DNA of 63,575 nucleotides, the filler included, from Atractiella rhizophila (taxonomy: Eukaryota), in NCBI GenBank assembly GCA_021432655.1. It is 5 parts of 4 records of this genome, joined end to end, with 100 filler letters (N's around TTAATTAATTAA, not from the genome) between each part and the next. Parts side by side here need not be neighbours in the genome. Positions count along the whole stretch, not along the records: positions 1 to 14,561 come from MU271207.1; 4 more parts are not named here. One strand, written 5' to 3'. Each line of letters starts with the position of its first letter. Position 1 is the first letter of the stretch. This document shows, in pieces, positions 1-13,903 of this stretch. Under the pieces are notes generated by a model, which saw only the letters and a list, made by a program, of their open reading frames with translations, searched no databases and was not told the origin of the DNA. The position numbers and the translations under genes are program-made.

Positions 1-1560
1 TACGGCTTGGTTGGTAGCGACAATCTGGAAGTTGTTGACGAGCTCATTCTGGACTGGTGGGTAGGTCTTGAATGTCCAAGAGGTCACAACCTTTGGACGG
101 GACATATATCAGCCGTCTTACTCCCCATACTGAGATAGACAGGACGACATACGCCAAGTCCGGCACCACCACCCCTGACAGCCCACCAAAGCTCGGTGTT
201 GGACCTCTCGTTCACAGTAAGGAGTGTTCCAGCAGCGGTGACGATGGTGAACTCGAGGACCTGGTCGACGGCCAGTCCCAAAGCGGGGGAGTAGCGCGAG
301 TGTCCGCCTCCCTGTGAATATCCGTCAAAATCAAGTGAGAGTGAGCGAGGGAGGAAGGAGACGAACGAGAGTGTAACCAGAGACAGAGACAGAGTCGCAC
401 CCACCACCCACAACGACGACGCCTTCCTGGTTGGCGGCTTGGTAGAGTTCTATTCCATCCCACGTCGCGTCAACTTCTCAATCCCAAGGAGGAGTGGAAA
501 CAACGGACCAGTGAACTGAACGCCAGCTCCAACGGTGACGGCGCTACCTTTGCCCTTGAAGTTATCGTGGAAGTCGATGTCCTTGAGATTGTGGACAGAA
601 ATGCCAAAGGCACCCTTAGCGCTAGCACCTATCAGCCAGAGAAACATTCAGTTTCCTCTCGCTAGTTGGAGTAGGAAAGAGGAAAAGATAACATACCTCC
701 AGTGGAGGAGTGGCCGGTCGACTTAACCCTCACCCTGAGGTTATACTTCCTGACGAACGCAAGGGCGTTGATGAGATCAGCGTTCGACTGAACGGCAGCA
801 AAGAGTGGGGGGACCTTTCAACAACCATCAGCCATGAACCTCTCAATCCAGTGAACCCGGTGGAGACATACCCTTCCCTGTCCGCAGGGTCCAGAGGTTG
901 CCGTCTTGACGGAGCACGAATCGGCGCCATATCCATCTCCCCAAGCTATCATCCACCAGAAACCAGTCAGTACAAGCTCATGCTCATGCTCGGAAGATCA
1001 GACGCGGCGCAGCGAAACTGTCACCCTTCGACTTCTACAAAGCAACCAAAACAATCGCATCCTCCTCAAAACAATCGTCGCTTTAGTAGATGCAATGATT
1101 CTTGACGGCAAGCAACAGTCCAACCAAACGGACAAACTCTACCAAAATCGACAAACTCCAAGAACAAGACATAATGTAATACAAAATAACAGAAAACTCA
1201 CAGTGCGCAACGTAACCACCTTCAATGTCGCTCACAAAGTCTCCCACATCCCAATTCGCCGTCAATGTCGCACACTTTGCCGCATCAAACTCTCCAGGGT
1301 TCGCCTGATGGCACACGGCTGCGGCTGGTCTCACAGCGTGTAAGCGGCCGCCGAGGGTCGAGTTGAGGGTCTGCGATCGTCTCTTCAATTTATACTCACG
1401 GACGAAGAGAGGGGAAAGAAAGACGGACCTTCCATGCTGCAGCGTTGGGCCAGCAGGCATCGCCGTAGCCGCAGGATTTGTCGGTCGCTTCGCGGATGGC
1501 GAAAGCTGAAGAGAGGGAAGGGAGGGCTGAGAGTGCGAGGAGGACGAGGGAGCGGGACAT
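1..1560 (-). CDS. Secreted FAD-linked oxidoreductase (berberine-bridge-enzyme-like), multi-exon, 3' end runs off the window
   Basis: ATG 1560 gives MSRSLVLLALSALPSLSSAF (signal-like), then CGYGDACWP; further exons encode VKSTGHSSTG, VTVGAGVQF, GYSQGGGHS..SPALGLAVDQVLEF and LWWAVRGGG; short GT-AG introns. Confidence 0.9.
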
Positions 1561-4169
1561 TTCGAAAGGTATTACTTATTGATTGATAAGAAGGAATGAA
1601 GTTCGAAGTATGTATGAAGCCGTTTGGGAGAGAGATCGACTTGAATGGATGTCGATCAATCGAGGTTTAGAGGAAATGAAAAAGTGGGTTTGAGGAGGAT
1701 GGACAGGATGGACGTCTTTTGTATGATGGTTTGAGGATTGAGTTTCGGTTTGGTTTGTAAATTTGCAGCGGGCTGAGTGAGGACAAAAGCTGCAAGGTAT
1801 CGAACGTTCCCCTGTCTGTCTGTCTTTGTTCCTGCAATTGGCAGGGACTGATGATTCTCCAAGCACGAAGGAAGTTGCGACCGCGTGTCCAGGAGACGAA
1901 AAGGAGGCTCGGGGAGAAGGAGATGTAGGAGAACAAGAGGATAGAAGCCTGCTCTCCTTCCTTATACCTCCGCTTTTGCTCCAAACGCGTCCGTGGAGCG
2001 TTTGTGACGCGTAACAGAGACTGTGTTGATGAAAGATGGACATGTGCGCAGGCTATGCGCCAAGAAGTCATCCCGCCCTCTCTCCTCCGTTCCTCCAGCC
2101 AACAATTGGACACCTTGGGTTGAGAAGATGACAATAACGTTCGGTCATGAATCGACCCTCAAACGTCCGAAGCCTTGCCAACAGCACAGTGCATCAATTC
2201 ATGCACATTCAGGGATCAATTCAGAATCAATGTAGTATCATGTATGTCCCGTCATATGTAACGAGAACAATTGCGAGCTGTGCCCCTTTCGTCACCAGGG
2301 ATTCTTCAACAATGCAGACATTGCGTCGGCTGCCAGTGGAAGGGCTAGCGGCGCGGAAAACAAAGATTTCAGCTGGCTCTTTCGTCGGACTGCCTTCATT
2401 ACCCGAGATACTCCAAAAGTTCTTCAAGTTTAATCGAAGAACAACGCTGGCTGGAGGCGAAACAACAACGCCAAGAGCGAAGGTGAAGCGAAGTACCGAG
2501 CCAGAGGCACATGTGCACTTTCCCCGAGAACTTTGTGAAGAAACAGAGACCAAGAGAAAGAGCGAAAGAGAGCAGAGCATACTAGTTGCCTCACATCCGA
2601 CAGCCACGCTGGTTGGACCCACACTGGTTGAGTTAAATTTCCTTGTCATCCCTTCCTTTCCTTCTGGCTTCCTGCTCTTCCTTTGACAACTCTGGATAAC
2701 TTCATCTCATTCTCCCCTTTGCCGAAACCGACAGGCTTCCAGCCGGGCGGAAAACGACGAACGCTTCGCCATCATGCCTACATGGCCGTTATTTGCACCT
2801 TCGCTAGCGCGGTACAGCTCTGATCGGGATTGGGCATAGTGTCAGATATATACGTGATGGAGATTTTCGAAGGACGGCTGGAGGACGGTGGTGGTGGGTG
2901 GATTTTACGTTTTTGTGTGATTGATTGCCAATTGGGAGATCCTGGTTGTTCATGGGTGGAGGGAAGTATAGTGTTGGGCAGCTGAGAGGTAGGCACATTT
3001 TCGCTTCGAGGTGACATGTTGCAGGTGGATGTCTCAATCTCTGAAGACACTCACCAAAGATCTGCTCATGACGCCTGTCGTCTATCAAATCATCTAAAAT
3101 GCATGAACTTGGACAAGCATCAACAGGCCATTAATCATGAAAATCAATGATTTTTCCACTTAGATTGAATGTTTCAATCCATAAATTAAGCTGTTGGAGC
3201 TTGAGCTTGGCTGGCAACGGGCTTGCCCGTCTATGTAATGTGGGCAAATAAGCGGAGAGGAAGCTCCCAGTTCTTGATTCGCACACGCACTAGTCTAGAA
3301 AGATATGAGACCTTGCCCCTTCCACCCAGTCACAACGTGGATGCTGCTTCGGCGACTATGCTCACAGATTAAGAAAGAGAATGATACTTGGACGAACACT
3401 TTGTTTCGTTCCCTGTTCAGTTCTTGGACTGGCGAAGTCGCCCAAAGAGGAGGATGGAGAATGAAGGAACTACAGCCATGGAAAGCTGCCTGCACTCTCA
3501 AAAGCACACAAACGGTGTCATCGTCACAGTTGGAGGGGACATGGAGAAAAACTGGCATGGGTTTATTTTTCATTTTTCATCTCTGACGACCGCATTCATA
3601 TCCTTACAAACTTGAAGGTAACCGCGTGAGAGAATAATGAGCAGAGGTTCTGAAGTTTGGACCGCCTCCTTCAACTGAGTGATGAGGAATAAGCTCTTCG
3701 CTCACAGTCTAGTTACGAACGACGAAAGCTCTATGGCGAGAGGGACATAAGTGATGAGATACGACTAGTTTGTAATCAGTGTCAAAATGTTTCGTTGAAG
3801 ATGGAGGCGCTCATTCCATTCCATAGCCATGGCTTAATAGAACAAGCCTTTTAGGTCGCGATTAGCACGAAGGATCCTGACTGTAAGCATGTAGTTAAAA
3901 GTTTGTACAGAGACTCTGAAGTATCAAACTTTCAGCTGTGCTATGATAGCTCTGATTTCAAACCCATTAACTACGCTTCTGCTCCCTTGAGTTTGGCGGG
4001 CTGAAGAGAAGTTGTTCCACTGGCACTGCGGTCTGTGACGTAACGATCGACGTGGGATATAAGAGCGCCTCTCGCCAGTTGGGCGAAATCCACAATGGCA
4101 TGCAGCGTCTGTGAGCCAATAGTCATACATTCTGATTCGAAATAAATAAATAAATATTAATATCAATCA

Positions 4170-5515
4170 ATGCCACCCACTCATACTCAACCGGGATCGA
4201 TTCTCCTCATCGCGCCTTCCTCTCCAGAAGACACCAAGACACCCTCATCAACCACACGATACTTTCGAAACTCCATCCCAGGACGCATCATCGAGAGCAC
4301 CGTCTCCACCTCGCGCGCGTCCATCTCTTCTCTCACCTGCATCGGTCCCTGGGGAGATGCCAATCCGGTCGTCCTCCCCACGTTCCGAGCGAGGGATGTC
4401 GTCCTTTTAGGCGTCGATACGGCTACGGGTGGCGCGAGTGGAGTGTTGGATGCCTATGGATTGCTAGGTGGTGGCATGGGTGGAGCCATTACTGGCGCGG
4501 TTGTGGATGAGGTGGTGGGCGATTATACGGAAGAGGGTGTTGACAAGATTTTGGATAAGGATGACGTGAAGAGGATTGACGGGAAGTGTAAGAACATTGT
4601 CACGCTGGTAATTCGGATCAAGCATTCGTTCCAGTCAGCCTGTCTTTTCATCCGGGTTAAAATGATGCTGAAGCGAGGTTACTGAAGCAACGAGCATGCC
4701 GTTTTGGGATTCTGGAAACCAGAGGGCGACGAGAAAGATTCACAGACAAACGACGAACCAACGGCAGAGAAAGAACTAGAAGGTAACGATTCTACCGAAT
4801 CGCCAACCAAGAAAGAGAAAGCGAAAGCTTTTCTTGCTCAAGCAAAGTCGTACTTTGACACACATCCAGGATGGTTCAGCCCTTACCTCATGGCAACAAA
4901 ACGTGTACGTCTTCCCTCTCAAATTTTGAATGGCACCGACTCGACTTGCTGCTGCAACAGCTCCCAGCGATTCCTCGCACGCTCTCACCGACTCTCGTCA
5001 TGTTCTACGCTCCGCTCGTACCTGGTGATCTCGCCTTAGCACACCACCTACTCTCTCACATGCACTCCGTTATCCGTCCAGCTTCGCCATCATCTAAGCA
5101 CCAGATGCTCATCACTGCTCTGGGAGTCAAGCCGTTGACAGGAGCCATTTGGGCGTCCTCTAGGCGACCTGAAGAAGGAAAGCTAAAATATCTGCTCGGG
5201 GACGGTGTGCCAGCCTTAATCGTCCCCGTCAAAGACGGCACTCCTACACTGTTTTGGAGCGGAAAGAAGCATGTTGACCCTCAGGACTTGTTCGAATTCT
5301 TGAGTGTCGTTATGCAGGATCGTGTGGATAAGGAGGAGGTACGAGATGCGGTAGATGGGTTGTGCAAGTCGCTTGAAAATTTGAGGGAGATGAAGGCAGT
5401 CAATGGAGATCGTGTGGGAGTTGTGGGGTTGCGTTATGAAGAGAATGAAGAAACGACGGATGAGGAAGGCGATGCAGTATCGAGGAAGAAGAGGTGGTGG
5501 AAGAGAAAGAAGTGA
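4170..5515 (+). CDS. Hypothetical fungal protein, about 3 exons
   Basis: Three consecutive protein-like ORFs (4170, 4704, 4871) joinable by short GT-AG introns; basic C-terminus RKKRWWKRKK. No family recognised. Confidence 0.65.
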
Positions 5516-5603
5516 ATGGAACTCTAACGCTAGTAACAACATGGTGTCGGCTACAATGTGAACGAAAACTTTCATAGGTCAGTATACAAGCGCTCCTAGA
5601 TAT

Positions 5604-6520
5604 TCAAAGCCTGTTTTCAAAGATTCCAAGCATTTCTTCCTCTCTCTGCACAAATCTCTTCGTAAACCATTCGCCTGCCACAAACCTATATTCGTTCTTC
5701 TGAACAGGTTTCACCTCTTCCTTCAATGAGGGATCCTCAGCTTCAGACCTTGCCACATCTCGAGCCTCCCAAAAGTGCTTGAACGCCATCATCATCTGAT
5801 TGGCACATCTATCGGGTTCGTACACGCCAACACCAGTCGCGAGACCCGTCATCAGGACCCTGCGAATTTTCTTCTTCTCCGTGGTCGTAGATGCAACTTG
5901 ATTCCATTTCTCCAACTGGCAGAGCAGGTTCCATACCGTCGTGTAGCAAAGTTCGCGGTGCCATCGAACGTCTGCAGGAATGGACATAGTCGGGCATATT
6001 GCCATGGAATGGATATTCATATAGTTAGGGAAGACGTATCCGCTATTGTCGTCGTCTGCCGTCGCAGAAGCAGCCGTTGACAATTCGCCTACTGGGATGG
6101 AGGTTATGGCGCAGCTACCAGGTGGGAGATAACCGAATGATTCTTCTGCGATCGTTGCTCGTGCGAGTTTCATTAATGCCTCGATGTCTTTTGGAGGAGA
6201 GAGTGATCTTGAAAGTACTAAATCGAATGCCTGTTACATCGCTCATAAGCATCCATGATACAAGAAGACAAAGTACCCACTCCATCCATGATGCCCCAAG
6301 AGTTGGCAGGTGAAACCACGCAATCGAAACCGCTATCTTCTTTCCCGCCTTCTTCTTCCCACTGATCAAAAATCGCTTCCATAGAGCTCTCGACGATTAC
6401 TATCTGATCCTTGTACTGTTCGGGCATGAGTTCCTGCAACGCATTGCGCCAGGCTTCGACAAGAGGGGCAACGCCTCCCTTCTTAGGAGGTTCCATGAGA
6501 GTGACGTGAATACTAGACAT
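5604..6520 (-). CDS. Macro-domain (ADP-ribose-binding/hydrolase-like) protein, 2 exons
   Basis: Splicing an intron with donor at 6280 gives FDCVVSPANSWGIMDG-AFDLVLSR; later ICPTMSIP and VLMTGLATGVG match the macro-domain motifs. Confidence 0.88.
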
Positions 6521-8073
6521 CTCGCTATGCTTCTCGTTCTTCGAGTTCCAACGGACGACTGCTATAAAATGACTGTCACCTTGAAGGGGCAACTTTAGAG
6601 GCCGTACGTAGCGTGACTCGCCCTTGCAGTTGTGTGGGAGGGAGAGAAAGCAAGTCAGAGGGTGCTTTTCACGTTATGGGCATGTCAACTAGTGTGCTTA
6701 TTGTGGAGTGTTCATATGCTCGTAAAATTCTTGCCAGCGCGTTTATATTTGTTCAAAGCACTTTCTAATTTCAAAAGGAATCATTGTTTCCCTTAATATC
6801 TACTCAGTTATCACTAGAAACGTGACTCTGTAACCTTCTAATGTGTACAGAATTTGCTCGAAAATCTTGCCTTTACTTGGAGCGTTGATTGCCATGTAGG
6901 GGATGAACCTGAGCAACGCAATAGTGAGCTGACTGGGTGAGCACTATATTTTTGAAACGACTGATGTCTCCATCTGCCTGTCGCCTAGCCCATAATAGAA
7001 AATATCCCCCCTATTCATGTATATCTCTAGCACTTCTAGGGGAAAGGGGCCTTGAGCGATGACAACGGCTCCGAAACGCTTATTATTCAGCATTGTGAAA
7101 CAGAAAGGAAGAAACATATAAACATGATATTCGAATCTCCACTGGAATTGTTGATCAGAATAGAGGGTAGAGGTGATGTGGAGAATTGGGAAGCTATACA
7201 GCAGTAGAAATTGTAAGGTACCTCAGTTGGCAGGGTAAATTGATTGAACAGGTGAGAATCACATTCTGAGGACTGGGGGTATTGGGGCTCTTGGGGACGT
7301 TATCTTCAGAGTGGAGGGAAAACGCGCTATCCTCGAAACTGAATAGATTGTCCCATCAAGCCTGGAGTGTCTGAAGTAGCCGAAGGCCATATTCCATACT
7401 TTCTGGCTGCCATTAAAACTGGTCATAAAGCTGTGCATCAACATGAACAGGAAGAAAGATGCCCCACGAACTACCAGAAGGTGCTGAGTAAAGAAGAATT
7501 GTATTTATCCCATCGCTAACGTCCAAGATCCTGTGGACATTAGTGTTCCCAGGTGTTTCATACGGATGTGGATGAAATATTCCTTGATTTGTGCTATTTA
7601 CTAAGACTGTTCTATGAAAGTTTCAATGATAGCGAACGAGCTATGCGGTTGAGTGTTTGGATTCTAAGAAGTGAGAATGAAGATTCACTTCCACACTTCG
7701 GTGAGAGGGGTCGTTGTTTCTGCAATCATCGGTGCCTTTTCTGGAAGTGGAAGAGCACTAAGAGATCCGCTTTCAGGAGTAAGGGGTGCTGGCACACGCA
7801 ATGAAGGATGAAACGACGGCGGAGTGCGTGTACCATATCCAAAGTTACAGCCTCGACCCGTGACCTCTTCTCAGGTTCCACGCGTGATAGAAATATCGCT
7901 GGGAAACTGCGAACGATGCCTCTCCGTCTGAATGAGCAAGAGAGATCCTTGCTTGCAACGTGACAACTTGTCACGAGAACTAGAGTGGTTGCTTATCTGC
8001 ATTTGAATTCTGAGTCAGTCTCATTAGAGAAATGTGAAGTGATAAAAGGTATCGTCATTACCATTCTGAAGAA

Positions 8074-9757
8074 TCAACATTTGACACGCTCTAAAACGAA
8101 GCAAGGTACTAACGCCTGTACGGCTACAAACTCAACGAATTTGGTGTAATACAAATTGCTAAACAATATACCAAAAACCAATGCGTCCTGCCAATGAAAA
8201 CGGCACTGAATCGTCTGTATGGTCATGCCGATTTCAGGTTTGCCCTCTGTTGTCTCATCATGTTCAACTGTGAATCTTGCCAGGCCATTGTTTCCTGCGC
8301 AATGCGTAACTGTTCTTTCACCTCTGCCTCCTATAAGCAATGCCCATCACCATACCATTCTGACAAGAGAAGGAACAAACCCTTTTTACACTCTCCGCAA
8401 GCTCCTTCTCTTTCTTTTTGGCCCAACCGTCAGCTGCGTATTTAGAAATGTGATAGTTTGCCCTCTGTTGTCTCATCATGTTCAACTGTGAATCTTGCCA
8501 GGCCATTGTTTCCTGCGCAATGCGTAACTGTTCTTTCACCTCTGCCTCCTATAAGCAATGTCCATCACCATACCATTCTGACAAGAGAATGAAGAAGGAA
8601 CAAACCCTTTTCACACTCTCCGCAAGCTCCTTCTCCTTCTTTTTGGCCCAACCGTCAGCTGCGTATTTAGAAATGTGATCTGGGTCCTATCAGACAAAAC
8701 GAAACTGTACCAACAATGAAAGGAAGAACATACTGTTCAGGTCATTATTTGTCTTCAAAAGCTCATCGTATTGCGTCTTGAGTGCGTTATGAGTGTGTTG
8801 AAGTGTTGCAAGCTGGTTGTGCAGATTGTGCACTGGTTTTTGCCTGTCGACAAGCTCTCCATGTGCATTTTGGAGCGAGACATGGTCTGCTTTCAATTGA
8901 AGTAGTTCTCTCTCTATCTTCTCTTCAGTACAGATGAAGATCTTGGAATGTCAACGTACCTAGCTGTCGTACTCGGGTGCTATGAAAATCGACTTGCTGT
9001 TGCAGATATATAACATCTGCTGTTGGGGGCGGCGGTTGGAAAGGTAGCGGATGAGCAGGATACATTGAGTGACTCTGAGCTAGCTGATTCTGTAACCCTT
9101 GACATCGCGTTTCTGCCAGCATGCATGGTTAGAGTGGAGATGAAATGCAACTGGAGGACCAACCGAGTTCAAACACTTTCCGTTTACTTCGTTCCGCTTC
9201 CGTTTTAACCTGCAATAATACGTCGTTGTTTTCAGAGCTGCGAGAATTCTCTCGTTTCAATGCATCCTGTAGTTCATTCTCTACCGTATACCATTAATTA
9301 GTCAATCATCAACAAGGTGAAGTGCAAGTGGACCTAGTTCTTCCATCTTCCTCTTCCTTACCGCCACCTCGTTCCTCAAGATTACGATGATTCCTTCCAG
9401 ATTCTCCTGGTTCGCTTTCTTCTCCTCCCATTCCCTCTTCAACCTTTCATACTTTTCTTTGAATATCATATTCTCCTTCTCTCTCGGCTTCGTTGCTCCA
9501 GGCGATCCATTCGCCGAAGGATTATATGAACTTGGGGTCATAGCGGTCTTTGCGTCGTTGAGTTCCTTTTTCAATCGATCGATCTGCACCTGCTTCCTTT
9601 GCGCCTCTCCTGCATCTTGAGTCTTTCTTAACCACTCATTCTCCTCTTTCAATCGTTTCAAATCATGTTGATATCTCTGCTCTGCCCGTTTCCGCTCGGC
9701 CTGCATACGATTGAGTTGCAGGCGCAGTTCTGTATGGCTCGTTGGGGCTGTAGACAT
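8074..9757 (-). CDS. Multi-exon coiled-coil hypothetical protein (ends approximate)
   Basis: Series of E/K/Q/R-rich exons (ORFs 9302-9772, 8925-9122, 8690-8896, 8318-8539) separated by GT-AG introns. Confidence 0.6.
8238..8679. repeat. 218-bp tandem duplication of an exon-intron-exon unit
   Basis: Copies 8238-8454 and 8456-8679 are nearly identical; each contains a minus-strand intron (8331-8380 in copy 1). Confidence 0.95.
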
Positions 9758-10339
9758 CGTTGCAAAGAACAAAATTCTGTAGCTGTAGTCTCTCCAGTTA
9801 TTCTCCTGCTGCTGTTATGGCCTTGTAACAGAAGTCAGCTCTCTGCTCGATATCATTTATGTAAAGTGGAAGACGCACAGCGGTTTGCCACGATCGAAAT
9901 GACCTGCGCCTGTGTCAAATTCTTATGAGCCCTGATACAAAGCAATACCGGGCAAGGCTATGGGAGATTCCTTTGGACAAGCTGGCTGCTAGTTCGAAAG
10001 AATCTGGTCCTGGGAATGGTGTTGGTTGCGGTTGGATACCGAGTATATCCGCACACCTTGCCTTTGTTGCTCCTTCCACATTGTCGGCATGGGAGGGAAA
10101 AGTCGAGCGTGATATTCACTGGTTGCGGGAAAAGGACAATGCAATGGATAGAGAATGTCATTAAAAAGAGTCCGAACTATCCCTAGGTGAAGCCTTCTGT
10201 GGTGTATCAACAAGAACACTAGTAAACAATTGAAGATTACAACAGGGGACTGACAGAGTGAACGAGAAGGAATCATGCAAACGAATGAGACGCGTGTTGG
10301 ATGACGCGCAACGAAAATGTTCCCAAAATAAATGAATAA

Positions 10340-12838
10340 TCAAATCATCGCCATGATGGCACTGATGCAAGAAATCTGTTGGACAGTCATCAGCAGTTCT
10401 CGCAGTACGATTGGCGTACCTTTTCTGGAGGTTCGAGGAGGTCACCGTTCTCTCCTCGCCAAATTCCATCATGGTCTACCTTTCCATACTTCTCCGTGTT
10501 TTGATTAGAACGAATGGCGTCCATCCAATCCGCAACGATTTGCGGGGAGTCTACCATGATGTTGATCTCGCAGGAGTGGAACCAAGATTGCGTATCTATC
10601 GACACAGTTTCAATGAACATCTAGATGGATTGAGGCTGCTCACCTTGATTTCCGTTCCCCATGATGCCAACCTTACCATCTATTGTCCTAATTGTTTAAG
10701 TTAGCAAACAGGTACTAAAGTCTCACAATGGAAACTAACATGAATTTTACGTGACAATTCCTTTGTTTCTTTACGGCATTCAGAGGCTTCCTCTGATCTT
10801 TTCCAGTGTACCAATAAACATCTAGGTACTCATGGCGGTCACACTCCCTGAGCTCCTTGTACAGCCGTCCAACGACTTCTTCATTCGTTCCGCCCTGAAA
10901 AGGAACCGATTCGCCTTTATCGTTGAAACCTGCAGTGCAACAGTCAAACACGCTGCATATGCCTTTGGAACATGCGACTGACCAAGATCGAGGTAGAGTA
11001 CTACCTTCACTTTTCGTTTACAAGTCTCCAACACAGCTCGCACGACTGGTTTCGCCTATCAAAGGGTGAGCTGCTATTCGCATAAGAAGGGGCATTAAAA
11101 CCAACATTCAGCGTGGGTGTTTGTATGAACACGTTCTCTTTCGCGTATCGGAAGCCAGCCAGCCAGGCGGCTGCTTGAGGTACTCGAATATCTTGATGGC
11201 CAGGAGCTGCGATTTCGATTAGCGGGCAAACAATCGGGTATGAGAACGTGGCATACCGCCATGAGGTTTCCGGTTCACCAAAGCTATGCGGAACGGTTTA
11301 TGGGCTGTTGTTGCCATTAAAGATTTATCATGAAGGCGTGGGAGCTACATACGCTTGTGAAGGATATGCGGTCTGAGGTCCTCAATTTCCTCATCCGTTG
11401 CTGTCACCTCCGGATGACTGAGAGCTCCGACGTTCAGAGCCTCCGACAGCAATTGCAAGCGAGACTTCGTTGTAGATGTACTGCCGGTGCGAGCATGCGA
11501 CGGGCTTTGAAGTGTTGTTGAATTGGGATGGGAAGGGTGTGAAGGAGTGTGTTCGTGACCTTCACCTCAGTCAACATTGCTGCATGTGGATACAGTAGGG
11601 AAAATCGCGCACCTTGAATGTCAGATTCCGCAATTCGCAGATGTGGAAGATCGCTGTGCGACCGTTTCGGCGGCGGTCTCCCTGACGGTGACGGTTCGCG
11701 GTGTTTTTCTTCTCCACTTTGTTTCTTATGTTCCCCAATATCTGCCATGGAAGAAACGGCTACAAAACCGTCAGCGACCAATTAAATTGTATTAGGAAAG
11801 GGGAAAGTTCTGACCAGTTGCACTAGCAGATGGTTCTCTTGCAGTGTCGTCCTCACTGTCCAGATCTGTATGAGACTTCCGTCTCTTCACCTCCGCCATC
11901 TCCAGCGTCTTGTTCTTCTCCTTCAAGGACGAAGCTCGATTCAGCCCATCACCACGACCCGACGGAGCCGCCCTGATAGCCTCCTGGACGACCTCCATCA
12001 GACTCCTCCTCTTCCCATCCGCCGAACTCGTCCCCGCCGTCTCTCCAAACCCCCAAAAATTCCAGCGCGCGCTCGAATCCGGGCTCGCCGGCAGACTCCT
12101 CCGCCTCCTATCGCCTCCAGAGGGGTTGGCAAAGTTCCAAAGGAGCGAGTTTTCCTGGTCCTTCATGAACCGCTCGAACTCCTCCGTCGTCTGCTTGTTC
12201 TGCTTGAGCAGGAGGATGCGTGCTGCCTTCGCGGCCTTGGCACTGTATCGCACGTCAACATCGATGACTACTGGGTGGGAGCTGTTCCGCTCACATTTCG
12301 ATCTTGTCGAGGTACGGATTGGCGTCCTGAAACAGATATTCCGGTGGAGGAACATACGGCTCGCTTAGACAGGGCGGTGTAGGATTGAGGCTTTTCGCCC
12401 ATGACTGAACCAGAGTGAGCGTCGACGCAAGAATGGGGGTTTGCGTACGATGAGAAAAGTTTCGTAGAAAGAATCTGGGAACTGGCAACCTCAGCAAAGA
12501 GATTGAGAAGTACGAGAAGAAAGCAGGCACACCGACAATTGGACCTTCAAGGTGAGCCATCATCTCTAGATTCGGTCGATCCTGGATATTGTTGCTGCAA
12601 ACTTTCCCATCAAGTCCACCAAACATCTGCACATCGAGCTCACCTATTGATGACCGCGACCTTACGATCGACCTACGCACCTTTCAGCCAGTCAACCAGA
12701 AGCGAAGAGCTGGAATACTCACCACCATAAACTTGGCATGGAACGTGCCCAAGAGGGGACGATGGTAGTTGATGATTTCGAGGTCGATGTTTGGGATCTC
12801 TTCTGGTTTGGGGAGGTCTAGTGCAGCCCAAGCTGAGG
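10340..12838 (-). CDS. Phospholipase D superfamily protein with two HKD motifs, 5' part lost in the N gap
   Basis: Spliced reading gives YHRPLLGTFHAKFMVVDRKVAVINSNNIQDR and NCHVKFMTIDGKVGIMGNGNQDTQSWFHSCEINIMVD; stop at 10340-10342. Confidence 0.92.
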
Positions 12839-13403
12839 NNNNNNNNNNNNNNNNNNNNNNNNNNNNNNNNNNNNNNNNNNNNNNNNNNNNNNNNNNNNNN
12901 NNNNNNNNNNNNNNNNNNNNNNNNNNNNNNNNNNNNNNNNNNNNNNNNNNNNNNNNNNNNNNNNNNNNNNNNNNNNNNNNNNNNNNNNNNNNNNNNNNNN
13001 NNNNNNNNNNNNNNNNNNNNNNNNNNNNNNNNNNNNNNNNNNNNNNNNNNNNNNNNNNNNNNNNNNNNNNNNNNNNNNNNNNNNNNNNNNNNNNNNNNNN
13101 NNNNNNNNNNNNNNNNNNNNNNNNNNNNNNNNNNNNNNNNNNNNNNNNNNNNNNNNNNNNNNNNNNNNNNNNNNNNNNNNNNNNNNNNNNNNNNNNNNNN
13201 NNNNNNNNNNNNNNNNNNNNNNNNNNNNNNNNNNNNNNNNNNNNNNNNNNNNNNNNNNNNNNNNNNNNNNNNNNNNNNNNNNNNNNNNNNNNNNNNNNNN
13301 NNNNNNNNNNNNNNNNNNNNNNNNNNNNNNNNNNNNNNNNNNNNNNNNNNNNNNNNNNNNNNNNNNNNNNNNNNNNNNNNNNNNNNNNNNNNNNNNNNNN
13401 NNN
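12839..13403. other. Scaffold gap, 565 N
   Basis: Run of N without linker. Confidence 1.
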
Positions 13404-13483
13404 CACAACGCCCGGTCGAACTCAAGTAAATACTGATGTCCCATCTTTGAAGCCGTTTCACGATTGGACTGATTGATGGGCAG

Positions 13484-13903
13484 GACGAAACAGGAGGAAG
13501 TTGGGAGGAAGAGGACGGAGAAACACGATTCCTACGCCCTTTACCATCCCACGAGGAAGAAGACCAACGCGCAAGTCCGACGGTCATCTCAAAGCAGCAA
13601 CGGACGAGAGCGTTAGCCAGGCATACACACCCAACTCCAGTCCACATGTCGCGCCCCATCCTCGCCCGACCAGTCACAACACCGCACGACCTCATTCCCA
13701 GACACCTTTCACGCGCAGCGTCCACAGGGCGACCACGACGGAGGAAAAGGGCGGAGTGGATGGCGAAGGGCCAAGACAAGCGATCGGCTCTCGCTTCGCC
13801 CATCGCTAATCTCGCTTCTGACCGCACCGCCCAGGGCAGGGAGGTCCCCGTCGACGTCGCTTGCAGAACGAGCGAGGATGACTCTCACTCGCTTCTCGGC
13901 TAA
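13484..13903 (+). CDS. Probable terminal exon of an unknown gene whose 5' part is in the gap
   Basis: Preceded by a GTAAAT...CTGAT...CAG intron ending at 13483; open to TAA at 13903; low-complexity R/S/P-rich product. Confidence 0.45.
   Translation, partial: DETGGSWEEEDGETRFLRPLPSHEEEDQRASPTVISKQQRTRALARHTHPTPVHMSRPILARPVTTPHDLIPRHLSRAASTGRPRRRKRAEWMAKGQDKRSALASPIANLASDRTAQGREVPVDVACRTSEDDSHSLLG

Noticed and set aside
7200..7900. Stop-riddled minus-strand coding-like stretch
   Set aside because: Possibly a pseudogene, but no family could be recognised.
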